Shown in pieces: positions 1 to 9,702 of a stretch of 64,000 nucleotides of DNA (its first letter is position 1; each line of letters opens with the position of its first letter). The DNA lies in NCBI GenBank assembly GCA_028353405.1, contig JAOMOG010000002.1, forward strand, positions 1,514 to 65,513, read 5' to 3'. Below the pieces are notes generated by a model. It ran no database searches, was not told the DNA's origin, and saw only the letters and a list, made by a program, of their open reading frames with translations. The position numbers were made by a program, and so were the translations under genes. This DNA comes from Candidatus Poseidoniaceae archaeon. GTDB lineage: Archaea; Thermoplasmatota; Poseidoniia; Poseidoniales; Poseidoniaceae.

Positions 1-3000
1 TAAGGCTGAATTCCCATCGTAACGCGACTCCTTCAAGTTCTTCTCTAGAATTTGCATTCTCAAGTTCTTGTTCAAATCGAGAACATCGAGTATTTCTTGT
101 TACGAAACCGAAGGCTAACCATGCGAAAACAGGGATTCCACCAAACATTCCGATCAAATCCCATGCGCCTAAGCCGACGCTTGTCCCAGGAATGACAATT
201 TCAAAACTATCAACTGGTGTATCGTTAGGGTTTAGAGCATCTGTACCTTCTCTTCCTTCATCAGCATCAGTCCATCCATCATTATCATCATCAGCATCAG
301 CGTTGTTGCCAATTCCATCACCATCTGTGTCTAAGCACTCTAGTGAATTGGTAGGAAATACGTCCTCTTCGTCCATGCAACCATCATTATCTAAGTCACC
401 AGGTGAAGATAGACGTGGGAGAATATCGATAGAATCATTGTAGCCATCATTGTCTAAGTCGTTTAGATATGGATCAGCCTCGGTTCCAGATTGATTGTCA
501 CCAATTCCATCACCATCTTCGTCAAGCCACTGAGTAGGATTCTCAGGGAACAGGTCATACAGCCTGCCTGCAGGATTGTCTCCATATCCGTCACCATCAA
601 TGTCAGACCACTGTGTAGCATCTGTAGGGAATGCATCAGGATTGGTTCCGGTTTGGTTATCACCATATCCGTCGCCGTCGATATCACTCCATTGACTTGC
701 ATCATCAGGAAACTTATCAGCTCCAATTCCCATTGGGTTGTCACCCATACCGTCACCATCTCTGTCTTCGGTTTGAGTCGGGTCGTAAGGAAATGCATCA
801 TTGCCATCATCTATGCCATCACGGTCAGAATCAGAATGCCTTGTTGGATCATACGGAAAAGCATCCCCTAGATTTCCATTTCTGTTGTCGCCATACCCGT
901 CACCATCACTATCGGTTTGCTGAGTAGGGTCGTATGGGAATTCATCTAAGTGGTTAGGAACACTATCGCCATCAGTATCTAGGTATTCATCAGGGTCATT
1001 AGGGAAATCATCCCCTTCATCTGACCAACCATCCCCATCAGAATCTAAGCATCCATATCTGTCAATAGTTGAGTTTCCAAATATTTCTGGACATGAATCT
1101 CCTGCGTTTCCAAACTCTTCATCGCCGTAAGTATCTCCATCAGTGTCGTATTGTTGAGTGGCATCTAGTGAAAATGCGTCTGAGTTATCTCCAACTTCAT
1201 CTCCATCACTATCCTTCCATTCAGAAGCATCGTTAGGGAATGGGTCAAGAATGTCTGGGCGGCCATCTCCATCAGAGTCGGGACAGCCTTTCTCGAATTC
1301 CATTGTTGAGTTCCCTGGTATTCTAGAACAATAATCATCATAATCTTCGAATCCATCATTATCATCATCATAGTCTTCTAGAGCATCCATGCATCCATCA
1401 TTATCAATATCTGATGTATTCGTGCGTAACCACCCAGTCATTCCCTTGGGGCAATTGTCTAGAGTATCATTGAGCATATCGTTGTCGTCATCATCGTCTT
1501 CTAATTCATCGTCACAACCATCTGAATCGTGGTCTGAACTTCCTGTTGATCTAAATCCGAGAGGGGAGTAATGACATGAGTCCAACGGATCATGAATGAA
1601 GTCACCATCATCATCAACATCATTTACATCAGCTATATCGTCGCCATCATAATCTACCGACATCTTTGCTACAAATAAGTCAGCCAAACCTAAACCAAAA
1701 TGTGTGCTTAAAGTACCGAGTTGGAACGATGAGGAATCAAATGTTCCAATCATATACAATGAATTGGAATGGAAATACAATCCTTTACCATAATCATTTC
1801 CAGAACTTCCAAATGATTTCGCCCATTGTATGATTCCTGCCGAATCATATTTAGCAACAAAACCGTCGAACGACGACCCACTAGGAGTTACAAGAACTCC
1901 ATCAAAGTTCAGGTTACCACCTGAATTGAAATTACCAGTTACATACAGGTTATCACTATGGTCTAATTCTAACTTTGCCGGAGTAATCGATGATTGCGAT
2001 GAAATATGTTTAGCCCAAATAAATGTATTATTTGAATCATATTTAGCCACAAAACCATTGAGATTACCTCCTGCGCTAAGTGTAATGTTTCCAAACTCCA
2101 AATCTGAATAAAATGTTCCAGAGACATACACATTATCGTTCATGTCAATTTTGATATCTAACATTTCTCCATTGGATGATCCAATCGGAGTATTGTAAGA
2201 CAATACATTGCCATCACTATCCATTTTCAGAAGTATTGGTTTCCATCCAGCACCATATCCGATATTATGAGAACTACCATTTACCGAAATCATAAAATTA
2301 CCCGAATAAGCAAATTTTCCAGACGCATATAAATTATTATTTGAGTCAGTTTCAATCCCGTAAATGATCATACATTGTACGCAAGAACTGACACCGCTCG
2401 CCTTGACAGTTCCTAAAACCTTAGAAGCAATTATTGTTCCAGTTGTAGAATTATGTTTGTGGAAATGAGTTTGGTGTTCTTTGTATTTTGATGTCCAGAT
2501 ATTGTTCAATGAATCAATAGTAATGTGATTAAGTGTATTCAGATTCCAGTCTATCATGCTCTTCCAAGTCCAATTTCCATCACTGCTTATTTTTGCCAGA
2601 AATGTTACGCCCGGAGCAGATGAAGACAAAACAAATGAGAGTGCAAATGGATCAGGACTGAAATTCACACCATGGTAAGTGTTACGATCCAATGATGAGA
2701 CTACAAGAAATATGTCATCGTTTGAATCAATTGCTATTTCGTTTGAAGATGCATCATGTGGTGTATTTATTACTGATATCCAGAGGCAATCGAAACTGGA
2801 ATTAAGTTTCGCAATGAATAAACCGCTGTATCCACCAGAACTTCCGTAGGCTGCAGAACAATTTCCGAGATTGAATGATGCTTTAAATAGACCAAGTACG
2901 ATTATATCGCCATTAGAATCAAACTTTAAGTCAAGTGCATCATCAATCTCGCTAGAGGATATACCTTGAATCTTTTCCCAAGCAAGGCTTTGGTTTGCAG

Positions 3001-3925
3001 GTATGGTAATGGAAGGGCCGTTACCTCCACCGCCTGAATTAGTTTGCCAAGGGTAGTCTAGGTGGCTGGTTTCGTTGAATACGGTTGCTGCAGCTGCTTG
3101 CTGTAGTTCAAGAACTACTGAATTAGAAAGGCTGGTTGAATGAGAAAGACCAACAGGGTCATCGCCAGTTATTGTTGCATAGATTACTAATGCAGCAAGA
3201 TAAGAGCCAGAGATTGAAGGGTGACTTCCATCGCTGCTGTAAAGGTTATAGAATAGATTTCCAGAATTGGTCGGAGTTCCCCCATCTGCTACAATTTTGT
3301 CGTGGATGTGCTCAAATGCAAGTCCAACAGGAGCAACCCATACATCTCCATGTGAGGACATATTATCTCGGTAATCCAGATATCCAGCCTCAAGTTCATC
3401 TTGCATTGTTGAGAAATCAGGGAATCTCTGTGTATTGACACTGTCTCCATCACGACGTCCCCAAGTCATCATTAGGACAGAATCTGCTCCTTTGTCATCG
3501 ATAGTTTGTGCAAGTTGAACTGCTCCATTTTTGCTATTGATCCATTCTTGATGACTTCGAGGGAAACCAGGAATCTGACTTTGGTCCTGAAGAACTACCC
3601 AATTCCAGACTCCATTATTGAGCGTAGTATTCCATTGATGGCCTGCAGTGCCTACATTGCTAGAATGTTGTGAAAGACGCATTCCTCCACCGCTTAAACT
3701 TGTGACATTGGCTGAGTTTGATGCAGCACTCATCACTCCGTCAACAAGGCTGTCAAGAGTATTAGCCGATGTGTAACTATTACCCATCATCAATATCTCT
3801 AAAGAAACAGGACTTGTTTCTAAGACTTCATCATCTGCTTGCAGATGGGTTGAAAGGGGTTCTTGCATCGGTGAAAAACAAAATAATGCCAGAATGGAAA
3901 TGACCAGTATTCTCTTCGCTGACAT
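1..3925 (-). CDS. Large secreted/membrane-anchored protein: SGNH/GDSL-hydrolase domain + beta-propeller (SBBP-like) + thrombospondin type-3 Ca-binding repeats + C-terminal TM; 3' end runs off the window
   Basis: Missing from the ORF track because there is no stop in the window. Manual translation from ATG 3925: MSAKRILVISILALFVF (signal), ILMMGNSYT, WVVLQDQSQIPGF, MMTWGRRDGD, APVGLAF, LYSSDGSHPS (SGNH blocks). Then GFVAKYDS-type propeller repeats, many DxDGDGxGD repeats, and a hydrophobic stretch near nt 100-180. Frame is consistent at both ends; the middle was spot-checked, not fully translated. Confidence 0.85.
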   Translation of the reverse strand, partial: MSAKRILVISILALFCFSPMQEPLSTHLQADDEVLETSPVSLEILMMGNSYTSANTLDSLVDGVMSAASNSANVTSLSGGGMRLSQHSSNVGTAGHQWNTTLNNGVWNWVVLQDQSQIPGFPRSHQEWINSKNGAVQLAQTIDDKGADSVLMMTWGRRDGDSVNTQRFPDFSTMQDELEAGYLDYRDNMSSHGDVWVAPVGLAFEHIHDKIVADGGTPTNSGNLFYNLYSSDGSHPSISGSYLAALVIYATITGDDPVGLSHSTSLSNSVVLELQQAAAATVFNETSHLDYPWQTNSGGGGNGPSITIPANQSLAWEKIQGISSSEIDDALDLKFDSNGDIIVLGLFKASFNLGNCSAAYGSSGGYSGLFIAKLNSSFDCLWISVINTPHDASSNEIAIDSNDDIFLVVSSLDRNTYHGVNFSPDPFALSFVLSSSAPGVTFLAKISSDGNWTWKSMIDWNLNTLNHITIDSLNNIWTSKYKEHQTHFHKHNSTTGTIIASKVLGTVKASGVSSCVQCMIIYGIETDSNNNLYASGKFAYSGNFMISVNGSSHNIGYGAGWKPILLKMDSDGNVLSYNTPIGSSNGEMLDIKIDMNDNVYVSGTFYSDLEFGNITLSAGGNLNGFVAKYDSNNTFIWAKHISSQSSITPAKLELDHSDNLYVTGNFNSGGNLNFDGVLVTPSGSSFDGFVAKYDSAGIIQWAKSFGSSGNDYGKGLYFHSNSLYMIGTFDSSSFQLGTLSTHFGLGLADLFVAKMSVDYDGDDIADVNDVDDDGDFIHDPLDSCHYSPLGFRSTGSSDHDSDGCDDELEDDDDDNDMLNDTLDNCPKGMTGWLRTNTSDIDNDGCMDALEDYDDDNDGFEDYDDYCSRIPGNSTMEFEKGCPDSDGDGRPDILDPFPNDASEWKDSDGDEVGDNSDAFSLDATQQYDTDGDTYGDEEFGNAGDSCPEIFGNSTIDRYGCLDSDGDGWSDEGDDFPNDPDEYLDTDGDSVPNHLDEFPYDPTQQTDSDGDGYGDNRNGNLGDAFPYDPTRHSDSDRDGIDDGNDAFPYDPTQTEDRDGDGMGDNPMGIGADKFPDDASQWSDIDGDGYGDNQTGTNPDAFPTDATQWSDIDGDGYGDNPAGRLYDLFPENPTQWLDEDGDGIGDNQSGTEADPYLNDLDNDGYNDSIDILPRLSSPGDLDNDGCMDEEDVFPTNSLECLDTDGDGIGNNADADDDNDGWTDADEGREGTDALNPNDTPVDSFEIVIPGTSVGLGAWDLIGMFGGIPVFAWLAFGFVTRNTRCSRFEQELENANSREELEGVALRWEFSL

Positions 3926-3980
3926 GGTTATGCGATGAGTTGAGTCTAATTTAACCGTTCGTTGAACAATAAAAAGTAAT

Positions 3981-5015
3981 TCAACGACTCCAATATTGAA
4001 CGGTTTCATCTCCCCACTTTCGGTCATCAGCACGAATTAGCCCCGCATCGCTAAGAACCTGAGAATTAATTCCACTCTCATATGGAGTTAGGTGTTCCAC
4101 CTCGGATTGAACTAAGAAGAAGTCATCAACTAACTTTGCATCAAGGAAATGTTTGATCGTTTTAGGCCCGCCTTCTACCATTAATGTTTGAATTTGCATA
4201 TCTCCTAAACGATTCAAGACATTGGCTAAATCTCTAAAGTCATCTTGTAAAACAAGAGTTTCTTTACCATCGGTTAGAACTTGGCACTGTGCTGGAATTC
4301 TAGCATTGGGATCTATTACGATTCGAAGAGGTTGCTTAGAAGTTTCAACTCTTGATGCCAATAACGAGGGGTCGTCGCGCACGATCGTCTCAACACCGAC
4401 CAAGATAGCATCACTATCTGCTCTCATCTGATGAACTAAATCTAAACACTGTTCAGAGGTAAAACGTCCAGCATCCTTACTCCTATCGTCAACACTACCA
4501 TTACGATCAACTGCCATTTTTACAGTTACAATTGGTTTTCGATATTGGCACCAATGTAGGAATGGTCTCATTTGGTCAGCAGCTTGACCTTCTAGGAGTC
4601 CAGACTTAACAGAGATTCCAGCATCTTGTAGAACGGCAATTCCTTGCCCTCTAACAGTTGGATTTGGGTCGGTATGAGCTACGATTACCGATTTCACACC
4701 AGCCCACATTAACGCTTCAGTACACGGCGGCGTTCTGCCAAAGTGATTACAAGGTTCTAAAGTAACATAAGCAGTTGCTCCATTAGGAGATTCACCCTTG
4801 GTCTCAGCATCATGGATTGCCATTTGCTCAGCGTGTAATCCGCCAAGGTGATCATGCCAACCCTCGGCAATGATTTGGCCATCCTTGACCAATACACATC
4901 CGACTAATGGATTAGGTGAAACCTTGCCCTTTCCGCGAATTGCTACATCCAATGCTACTGACATGAATTTGATATCATCATCACTCCACATAGTTGCGCC
5001 CCTATTGTCTGCCAA
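3981..5015 (-). CDS. ribD: Bifunctional riboflavin biosynthesis deaminase/reductase RibD
   Basis: PNPLVGCVLVK, HAE and TLEPCNHFGRTPPC Zn-deaminase motifs; DAILVG, DDPSL and LMVEGG reductase motifs. Start is TTG 5015 or ATG 4991. Confidence 0.93.
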   Translation of the reverse strand: MADNRGATMWSDDDIKFMSVALDVAIRGKGKVSPNPLVGCVLVKDGQIIAEGWHDHLGGLHAEQMAIHDAETKGESPNGATAYVTLEPCNHFGRTPPCTEALMWAGVKSVIVAHTDPNPTVRGQGIAVLQDAGISVKSGLLEGQAADQMRPFLHWCQYRKPIVTVKMAVDRNGSVDDRSKDAGRFTSEQCLDLVHQMRADSDAILVGVETIVRDDPSLLASRVETSKQPLRIVIDPNARIPAQCQVLTDGKETLVLQDDFRDLANVLNRLGDMQIQTLMVEGGPKTIKHFLDAKLVDDFFLVQSEVEHLTPYESGINSQVLSDAGLIRADDRKWGDETVQYWSR

Positions 5016-5096
5016 TCTCCATCCTATGAAGAGTCATTGCCTAAAACAGGCAAAAACGGGAAAGGGTTCATCCATGGTTTAGGGCGTGGTCAAACT

Positions 5097-6152
5097 ATGG
5101 GATTAGTACATTGTATTGTCAATCCGGCCAGTAGAGATTTTCTTTGCGGTAAAATGTGGCCAAAATTGCAAGCAAAAATTATTGCTTCTGGATATCAAGT
5201 TGAAACTCACATGACTGAACGAGTCGGTCATGGTGGACACCTTGCTTATGAGATTAGGCAGCAATGGGAATCTTCACAACAAGGTGGAGAAAGTGAAGGA
5301 AAGCCACCACTTGTCGTAGCGGTTGGTGGTGACGGAATTGTCCATGAAATAGCCAGCGCCCTGAGAGGTTCAGACATTGTCTTAGGTCAATTACCATATG
5401 GTTCAGGAAATGATTATTGCATTGCCCATAATATTCCAAGATTTGATTTGGATAAGGCCATTGAAATCATAAAAAATGGAACAGATAGACGCTGTGGAGC
5501 TTGGAGATTAGAAGGAGTTCCTTGTCCAAAAGAAGGTGACTATCCTGCACCAGAATCCAATGTATGGGACGGAGAGCCTACACGTGATGGCAATGTCGTA
5601 AGGTGGTCATTCTTAGAAGCGGATTGTGGAATCACTTCTGATATAGGGAGAGCCAAGTTGAGAAGGGCCAAGTGGATAAAGGGTTCAAAGAAATACACCT
5701 ATCTTGGAGTCACAACAATTCCATTGTGGAAGAGAAGAAAAGTCGAAGTAACAATCGATGATGGTAAACCTGAGATTAGAGACTTTACTTTAATCTCGGT
5801 AACTGCTGCAGAAACCTTTGGAGGTGGCTACAAAATCAATCCTGGAATGAATCCAGTTAAGGAAAATGGTTTGTTAATATTTGCACCTCGTCTGAGTAGG
5901 ATTGCTATGCTATCTCTAATGGGGCCTATCAAGAAAGGAAAGCATATTGGAAAATGGGGCATAACTCAAACACCTGCAAGCAAATTGAATCTCAGATGTG
6001 TTTCGCCAAATGGAGAGCCTAGCGATTCTTCTACGAAAATAACAAGTTATCTCAATATCGATGGTGAGCCAGTCCTGCAATTACCTGCCAAATTAGAATG
6101 GCAATTAGATCAAATTACTGTTAGAGGCGCAAACCAAGTAGATTGGCAATAG
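5097..6152 (+). CDS. Diacylglycerol/lipid kinase family protein (YegS/DgkB-like)
   Basis: IVNPAS, VGGDG, LPYGSGND, FGGG and IDGE motifs; start placed at ATG 5097. Confidence 0.88.
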   Translation: MGLVHCIVNPASRDFLCGKMWPKLQAKIIASGYQVETHMTERVGHGGHLAYEIRQQWESSQQGGESEGKPPLVVAVGGDGIVHEIASALRGSDIVLGQLPYGSGNDYCIAHNIPRFDLDKAIEIIKNGTDRRCGAWRLEGVPCPKEGDYPAPESNVWDGEPTRDGNVVRWSFLEADCGITSDIGRAKLRRAKWIKGSKKYTYLGVTTIPLWKRRKVEVTIDDGKPEIRDFTLISVTAAETFGGGYKINPGMNPVKENGLLIFAPRLSRIAMLSLMGPIKKGKHIGKWGITQTPASKLNLRCVSPNGEPSDSSTKITSYLNIDGEPVLQLPAKLEWQLDQITVRGANQVDWQ

Positions 6153-6158
6153 TTTTAC

Positions 6159-7673
6159 TCAAAAGGAGAAGTCAGAGAACTCTTCCTCTTCTTCAGAAGA
6201 ATTATCAGTTTCTTGTTCATTTCCAGACCAAGGTTCAACTTCAGGCTGTTGCACTTTCTTGGTTGCGCGTTTCTTGACAACTTTCTTTTTAGTTTGTTGC
6301 TGAGGCTTAGACTCACCAGAAATGGATGATGAAAAGTGTGAACGCTTACTAGGAGCTGAATCAGTATTGGAGATTACAGAAGACTGAGCGGTAGACACTG
6401 TAGAAGTAACAGGGCTACTTTGCTGTGACACACTTCTCGGAATTGAAGTGACTTGAGATTCAATATTTTTTGCTTCAGTAGTTGCTACTACGCTTGAACT
6501 CTTAGAGCCAAATTCAGAAGTAGTTGATTCACTAGGTCCAGATTGTAAAGCACTATCCAAATCAAATCCAGTTAGGCTGACTGAATCAGCAGTTTCCCTC
6601 TTAGCAGGTTTTACACCTTCTTTTTTAGCCTCAACCGAAGCATCTTTTCGTGCATCAGCATTGCGTTGTTTTGAACTTTTCATCCCCGAGGACCTTGCTT
6701 GTTTAATGTCTGATTTAACTCTAGAAACTGCAGCCATCGCTTTCTTTCCGACCAATATTTCCATCGAATGAGATGCACCTTTTGCAACTGCAATCTTGGA
6801 GAATATGAACATAGTAACAGCGCCACCGAGCCCGAAGATTAAGAAGAACATGATGAAACCACTACGGCCTAGAAACGGAACATCTCCCAAAACCCATTCA
6901 TCAGAAGAATCTCCACTTGAAGTAACAACCGAATCTTCTAACTTGATTGAAGTCACCATCAAGTAAACAGATTCTCTGTTGCTCTGGCCAATATTCATCT
7001 CACAGTTATCGTTTACTTCATGCCAACTAGCCAAATGTCCATCTGTTATCGTTCTTTCAATGTCATTATCTATTAGAACAACCATAGGTTCAAGAAGATA
7101 ACCTTCTATTTGTACAGGTTGATGCCATTCTCCAAGTGCTTGCATTCCATATTGAATATTTTCAGAAGTTGGTATTAGTCCCAACACAAACCATTTTGAA
7201 CTTGAATCCATATCAACTTCATCAAGGTCTATATTTCCAGCTCCAGTCTCTGGATACAAAGGTAAATTCCAATTCTTTAGTTGAACGCGTGGAATTTGCT
7301 CCCCATCAACATTCATAGCTTCTTTCATACTCATTGATTCGATTGCAACTGAAGTCGTTACAGCAAGATCAAGATTCATTGCACCGTAGACTTGGTCATG
7401 TGTTTCGTAGAAGTGACTTGCAGCCATATATCCGGTGAATTTAATCGGATTGCCACCATTGTCAAGGGATCGAGTATCATTACATCCGATAGGTGATAGT
7501 TCATCGAAGGAACTCTTCTCATCACCTAGAGTACTTGTAGCAGAAGCAGAGTCAGTTGTAAACTCAACTTTCACTTCACCATCACCCACTCCCCATCCAG
7601 CAGTGGTTGGAGACAAACAGCCAGCCAAGACCATGAGGGCGAAAAGAGATAGGGCAACAAGACCTCTGCGCAT
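6159..7673 (-). CDS. Hypothetical lipoprotein with internal TM and long low-complexity cytoplasmic tail
   Basis: Lipobox LAGC after the signal peptide, TM FIMFFLIFGLGGAVTMFIF, S/K/E-rich tail ending EEEEEFSDFSF. Confidence 0.75.
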   Translation of the reverse strand: MRRGLVALSLFALMVLAGCLSPTTAGWGVGDGEVKVEFTTDSASATSTLGDEKSSFDELSPIGCNDTRSLDNGGNPIKFTGYMAASHFYETHDQVYGAMNLDLAVTTSVAIESMSMKEAMNVDGEQIPRVQLKNWNLPLYPETGAGNIDLDEVDMDSSSKWFVLGLIPTSENIQYGMQALGEWHQPVQIEGYLLEPMVVLIDNDIERTITDGHLASWHEVNDNCEMNIGQSNRESVYLMVTSIKLEDSVVTSSGDSSDEWVLGDVPFLGRSGFIMFFLIFGLGGAVTMFIFSKIAVAKGASHSMEILVGKKAMAAVSRVKSDIKQARSSGMKSSKQRNADARKDASVEAKKEGVKPAKRETADSVSLTGFDLDSALQSGPSESTTSEFGSKSSSVVATTEAKNIESQVTSIPRSVSQQSSPVTSTVSTAQSSVISNTDSAPSKRSHFSSSISGESKPQQQTKKKVVKKRATKKVQQPEVEPWSGNEQETDNSSEEEEEFSDFSF

Positions 7674-7757
7674 ATTGTTTGCAGAACGGCTTCAGTTTGA
7701 GAACCCTTTGTTGATATTTGCTGCAAAATAACAGCATCTCAACGACAAAAAAGGAAG

Positions 7758-7841
7758 CGCAGACGGAGAGATTCGAACTCCCGTGCCACAAAGGGCACCG
7801 GATTTCAAATCCGGCGCAATACCAGGCTATGCGACGTCTGC
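7758..7841 (-). tRNA. tRNA-Ser(UGA)
   Basis: Reverse complement gives acceptor GCAGACG/CGTCTGC with G discriminator, anticodon arm CCGGA-TTTGAAA-TCCGG, long variable arm, T-loop GTTCGAATC. CCA is not encoded. Confidence 0.95.
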
Positions 7842-7913
7842 AGTGGTTGTGCGAAGAGCCTCCCTTTCATCCCCTTTTCGGCTCAAAACGTTGGCCGACC
7901 AAGGTCAGAATGG

Positions 7914-9254
7914 TCACTCTTCATCCTCATCGGAGGAACGGACATTTATTGCAATTGCTGTCAAGCCAAGTGCTGAGATGGCCATGGCAACACCAAACCC
8001 AGGCATTCCAGGTTTTTCTGGTAAATCGTTTTCAGAACTGTATAGCTCTTCAACATCGGAAATAAAATCTTCAACATGCCAATCATCCCCAACCCAAGCA
8101 ATGCGTGGTTTTCGTTCATTGTCTAGAATATAGGTTATCGTTGAATGACCAACTTCAAATTGATCCGCTGGAGTTGCTCCTACACAGGATAACTTGTCTC
8201 CATCAGCCCATTCGAATCCATCGTCACACATGCAATGTTTACCTTCACCTTGACCCATTTCCCAACCATGGCCGCTACATTTAGCAATTTCATCTTCATC
8301 GCTATGCTGATGATTTGTTTGGTTCATCCACATGTTCCCAGAATTTTCACAGTTAACTTGCTGGCTATGGTTTGTAGTCATGTTAGTTGTAGAGTCATGG
8401 CAAATCATTTCACTACCGGGAATCGGTAGATAAGAAAGGTTAGAATTTGATGCAGCCCAAGCGATATGGTCTGTATCTTGACCCAACATTACAGAATCAA
8501 TTCCAACTTGACTTTCTTGCCAAGATGAATTAGTTTCATTCCAAAGGTATAGGGCCCACCACCATGAATAATCGGAAGGAGCATCAACATTGTTGATTTC
8601 ATTTACAGAAGTTCCCCATGTTTCATGAACGGAATAGTTGAGCGAGACATTATGCATTTCTAATGTTGATTCAGTTAAATTCCACCCGGTTGCATTTTCT
8701 GAAGGTAGCGTTTGTGTGTGACCATCAAGTAACATTGTAGTATTATCGGGGTAAAGAATTGAAACTTGATTTTCCATTCCTTCACTAGAATTCATAGATG
8801 CATGAGCATCGATTACCTCTTTAGCCACAACCACTCCAAAGGAATCCCAAATCGCTTGTAGACTCTCTTCTGAACCGGTAAGATGCGGCCAATCAACATC
8901 ATGAATGTGCGTGTAATCATGGAGAACTTCAGGAGTATCATATGCAGGGTCTACTGTAATGGAAATAATACCAACATCATCGGCAATATCTGCTGAAAGT
9001 CCCGCTTGCACCGATTTTAGATTTTGAGTAATAACTGGGCAAACAGTTGTACATCTTGTAAAGATGAATGAAACTATCAAGAGGTCGCCTTGTATAGTGT
9101 AAAGAGAAACATTTTCTGAGTGAGCGTCTACTAATACGAAATCATCAACTGCGGTTCGCCCTAAAACATGCCCTTTGTATGCTGAAGCAGTAGGGATGGA
9201 AGAAACCAATAAACACGCTACTAGCGCCACTGCGATGACAAATCTACTGTTCAT
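7914..9254 (-). CDS. SCO1/SenC copper chaperone with inserted domains and PGF-CTERM anchor
   Basis: FIFTRCTTVCP (CxxxC), ISITVDPAYDTPEVL, WPHLTG, distal VGHSTITYILD (His ligand), C-terminal MPGFGVAMAISALGLTAIAINVR; lies directly downstream of the cox genes. Confidence 0.88.
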   Translation of the reverse strand: MNSRFVIAVALVACLLVSSIPTASAYKGHVLGRTAVDDFVLVDAHSENVSLYTIQGDLLIVSFIFTRCTTVCPVITQNLKSVQAGLSADIADDVGIISITVDPAYDTPEVLHDYTHIHDVDWPHLTGSEESLQAIWDSFGVVVAKEVIDAHASMNSSEGMENQVSILYPDNTTMLLDGHTQTLPSENATGWNLTESTLEMHNVSLNYSVHETWGTSVNEINNVDAPSDYSWWWALYLWNETNSSWQESQVGIDSVMLGQDTDHIAWAASNSNLSYLPIPGSEMICHDSTTNMTTNHSQQVNCENSGNMWMNQTNHQHSDEDEIAKCSGHGWEMGQGEGKHCMCDDGFEWADGDKLSCVGATPADQFEVGHSTITYILDNERKPRIAWVGDDWHVEDFISDVEELYSSENDLPEKPGMPGFGVAMAISALGLTAIAINVRSSDEDEE

Positions 9255-9305
9255 GACCAAAGGGGTTTGAAGGCTGTTGATAACAGTTGTTGACTATTAC
9301 TTCGC

Positions 9306-9692
9306 TTAACGAGTAGCGTAATCCCAGTTAGGAGTACACCATGAAGGAAGTCCATCAACACCATCTGGATTTGATAGGCCAATTCCGAAAATCATCAATA
9401 ATACGAATAATACTGGGAACATTGCGGTTCTAAAATAGATGCTAGGGTCTCCTTTCAAGTGCATAAAATATGCGCCAATTCCGTATCCTTTGATGATTCC
9501 AACAACAATTAGAATCGCCCAAACCATCATCAAAGATACCTCGATTTCCGTCCCAGGTATTGTGTCAAAGAATACTGCTCCGATTTCAAATAATGTGAAA
9601 AACATCAAGACGATGAAGTTCCAGAAATAAATATCCATTCCCGTCTTATCGTTAAGCCACTTTTCTAATCCAATTACTTCATGATCTCCCAT
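9306..9692 (-). CDS. coxD: Cytochrome c oxidase subunit IV family protein
   Basis: Three TMs with LMFFTLFE, K and YFMHLK motifs; position in the operon; GAGGTGA RBS. Confidence 0.82.
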   Translation of the reverse strand: MGDHEVIGLEKWLNDKTGMDIYFWNFIVLMFFTLFEIGAVFFDTIPGTEIEVSLMMVWAILIVVGIIKGYGIGAYFMHLKGDPSIYFRTAMFPVLFVLLMIFGIGLSNPDGVDGLPSWCTPNWDYATR

Positions 9693-9702
9693 TATTTTCA
9701 CC

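Noticed and set aside
200-1700. Repetitive ccatcacc/gtcaccatc pattern resembling a CRISPR or DNA repeat array (also 58720-59500)
   Set aside because: Degenerate at the DNA level, codes for DxDGDG TSP3 repeats, has no constant repeat-spacer structure, and no cas genes are nearby.
192-3438. Short ORFs in the track across 192-3438
   Set aside because: Shadow frames of the single large minus-strand gene 1-3925.
7718-8133. Plus-strand ORFs over 7718-8133
   Set aside because: They overlap tRNA-Ser and the SCO gene on the opposite strand.
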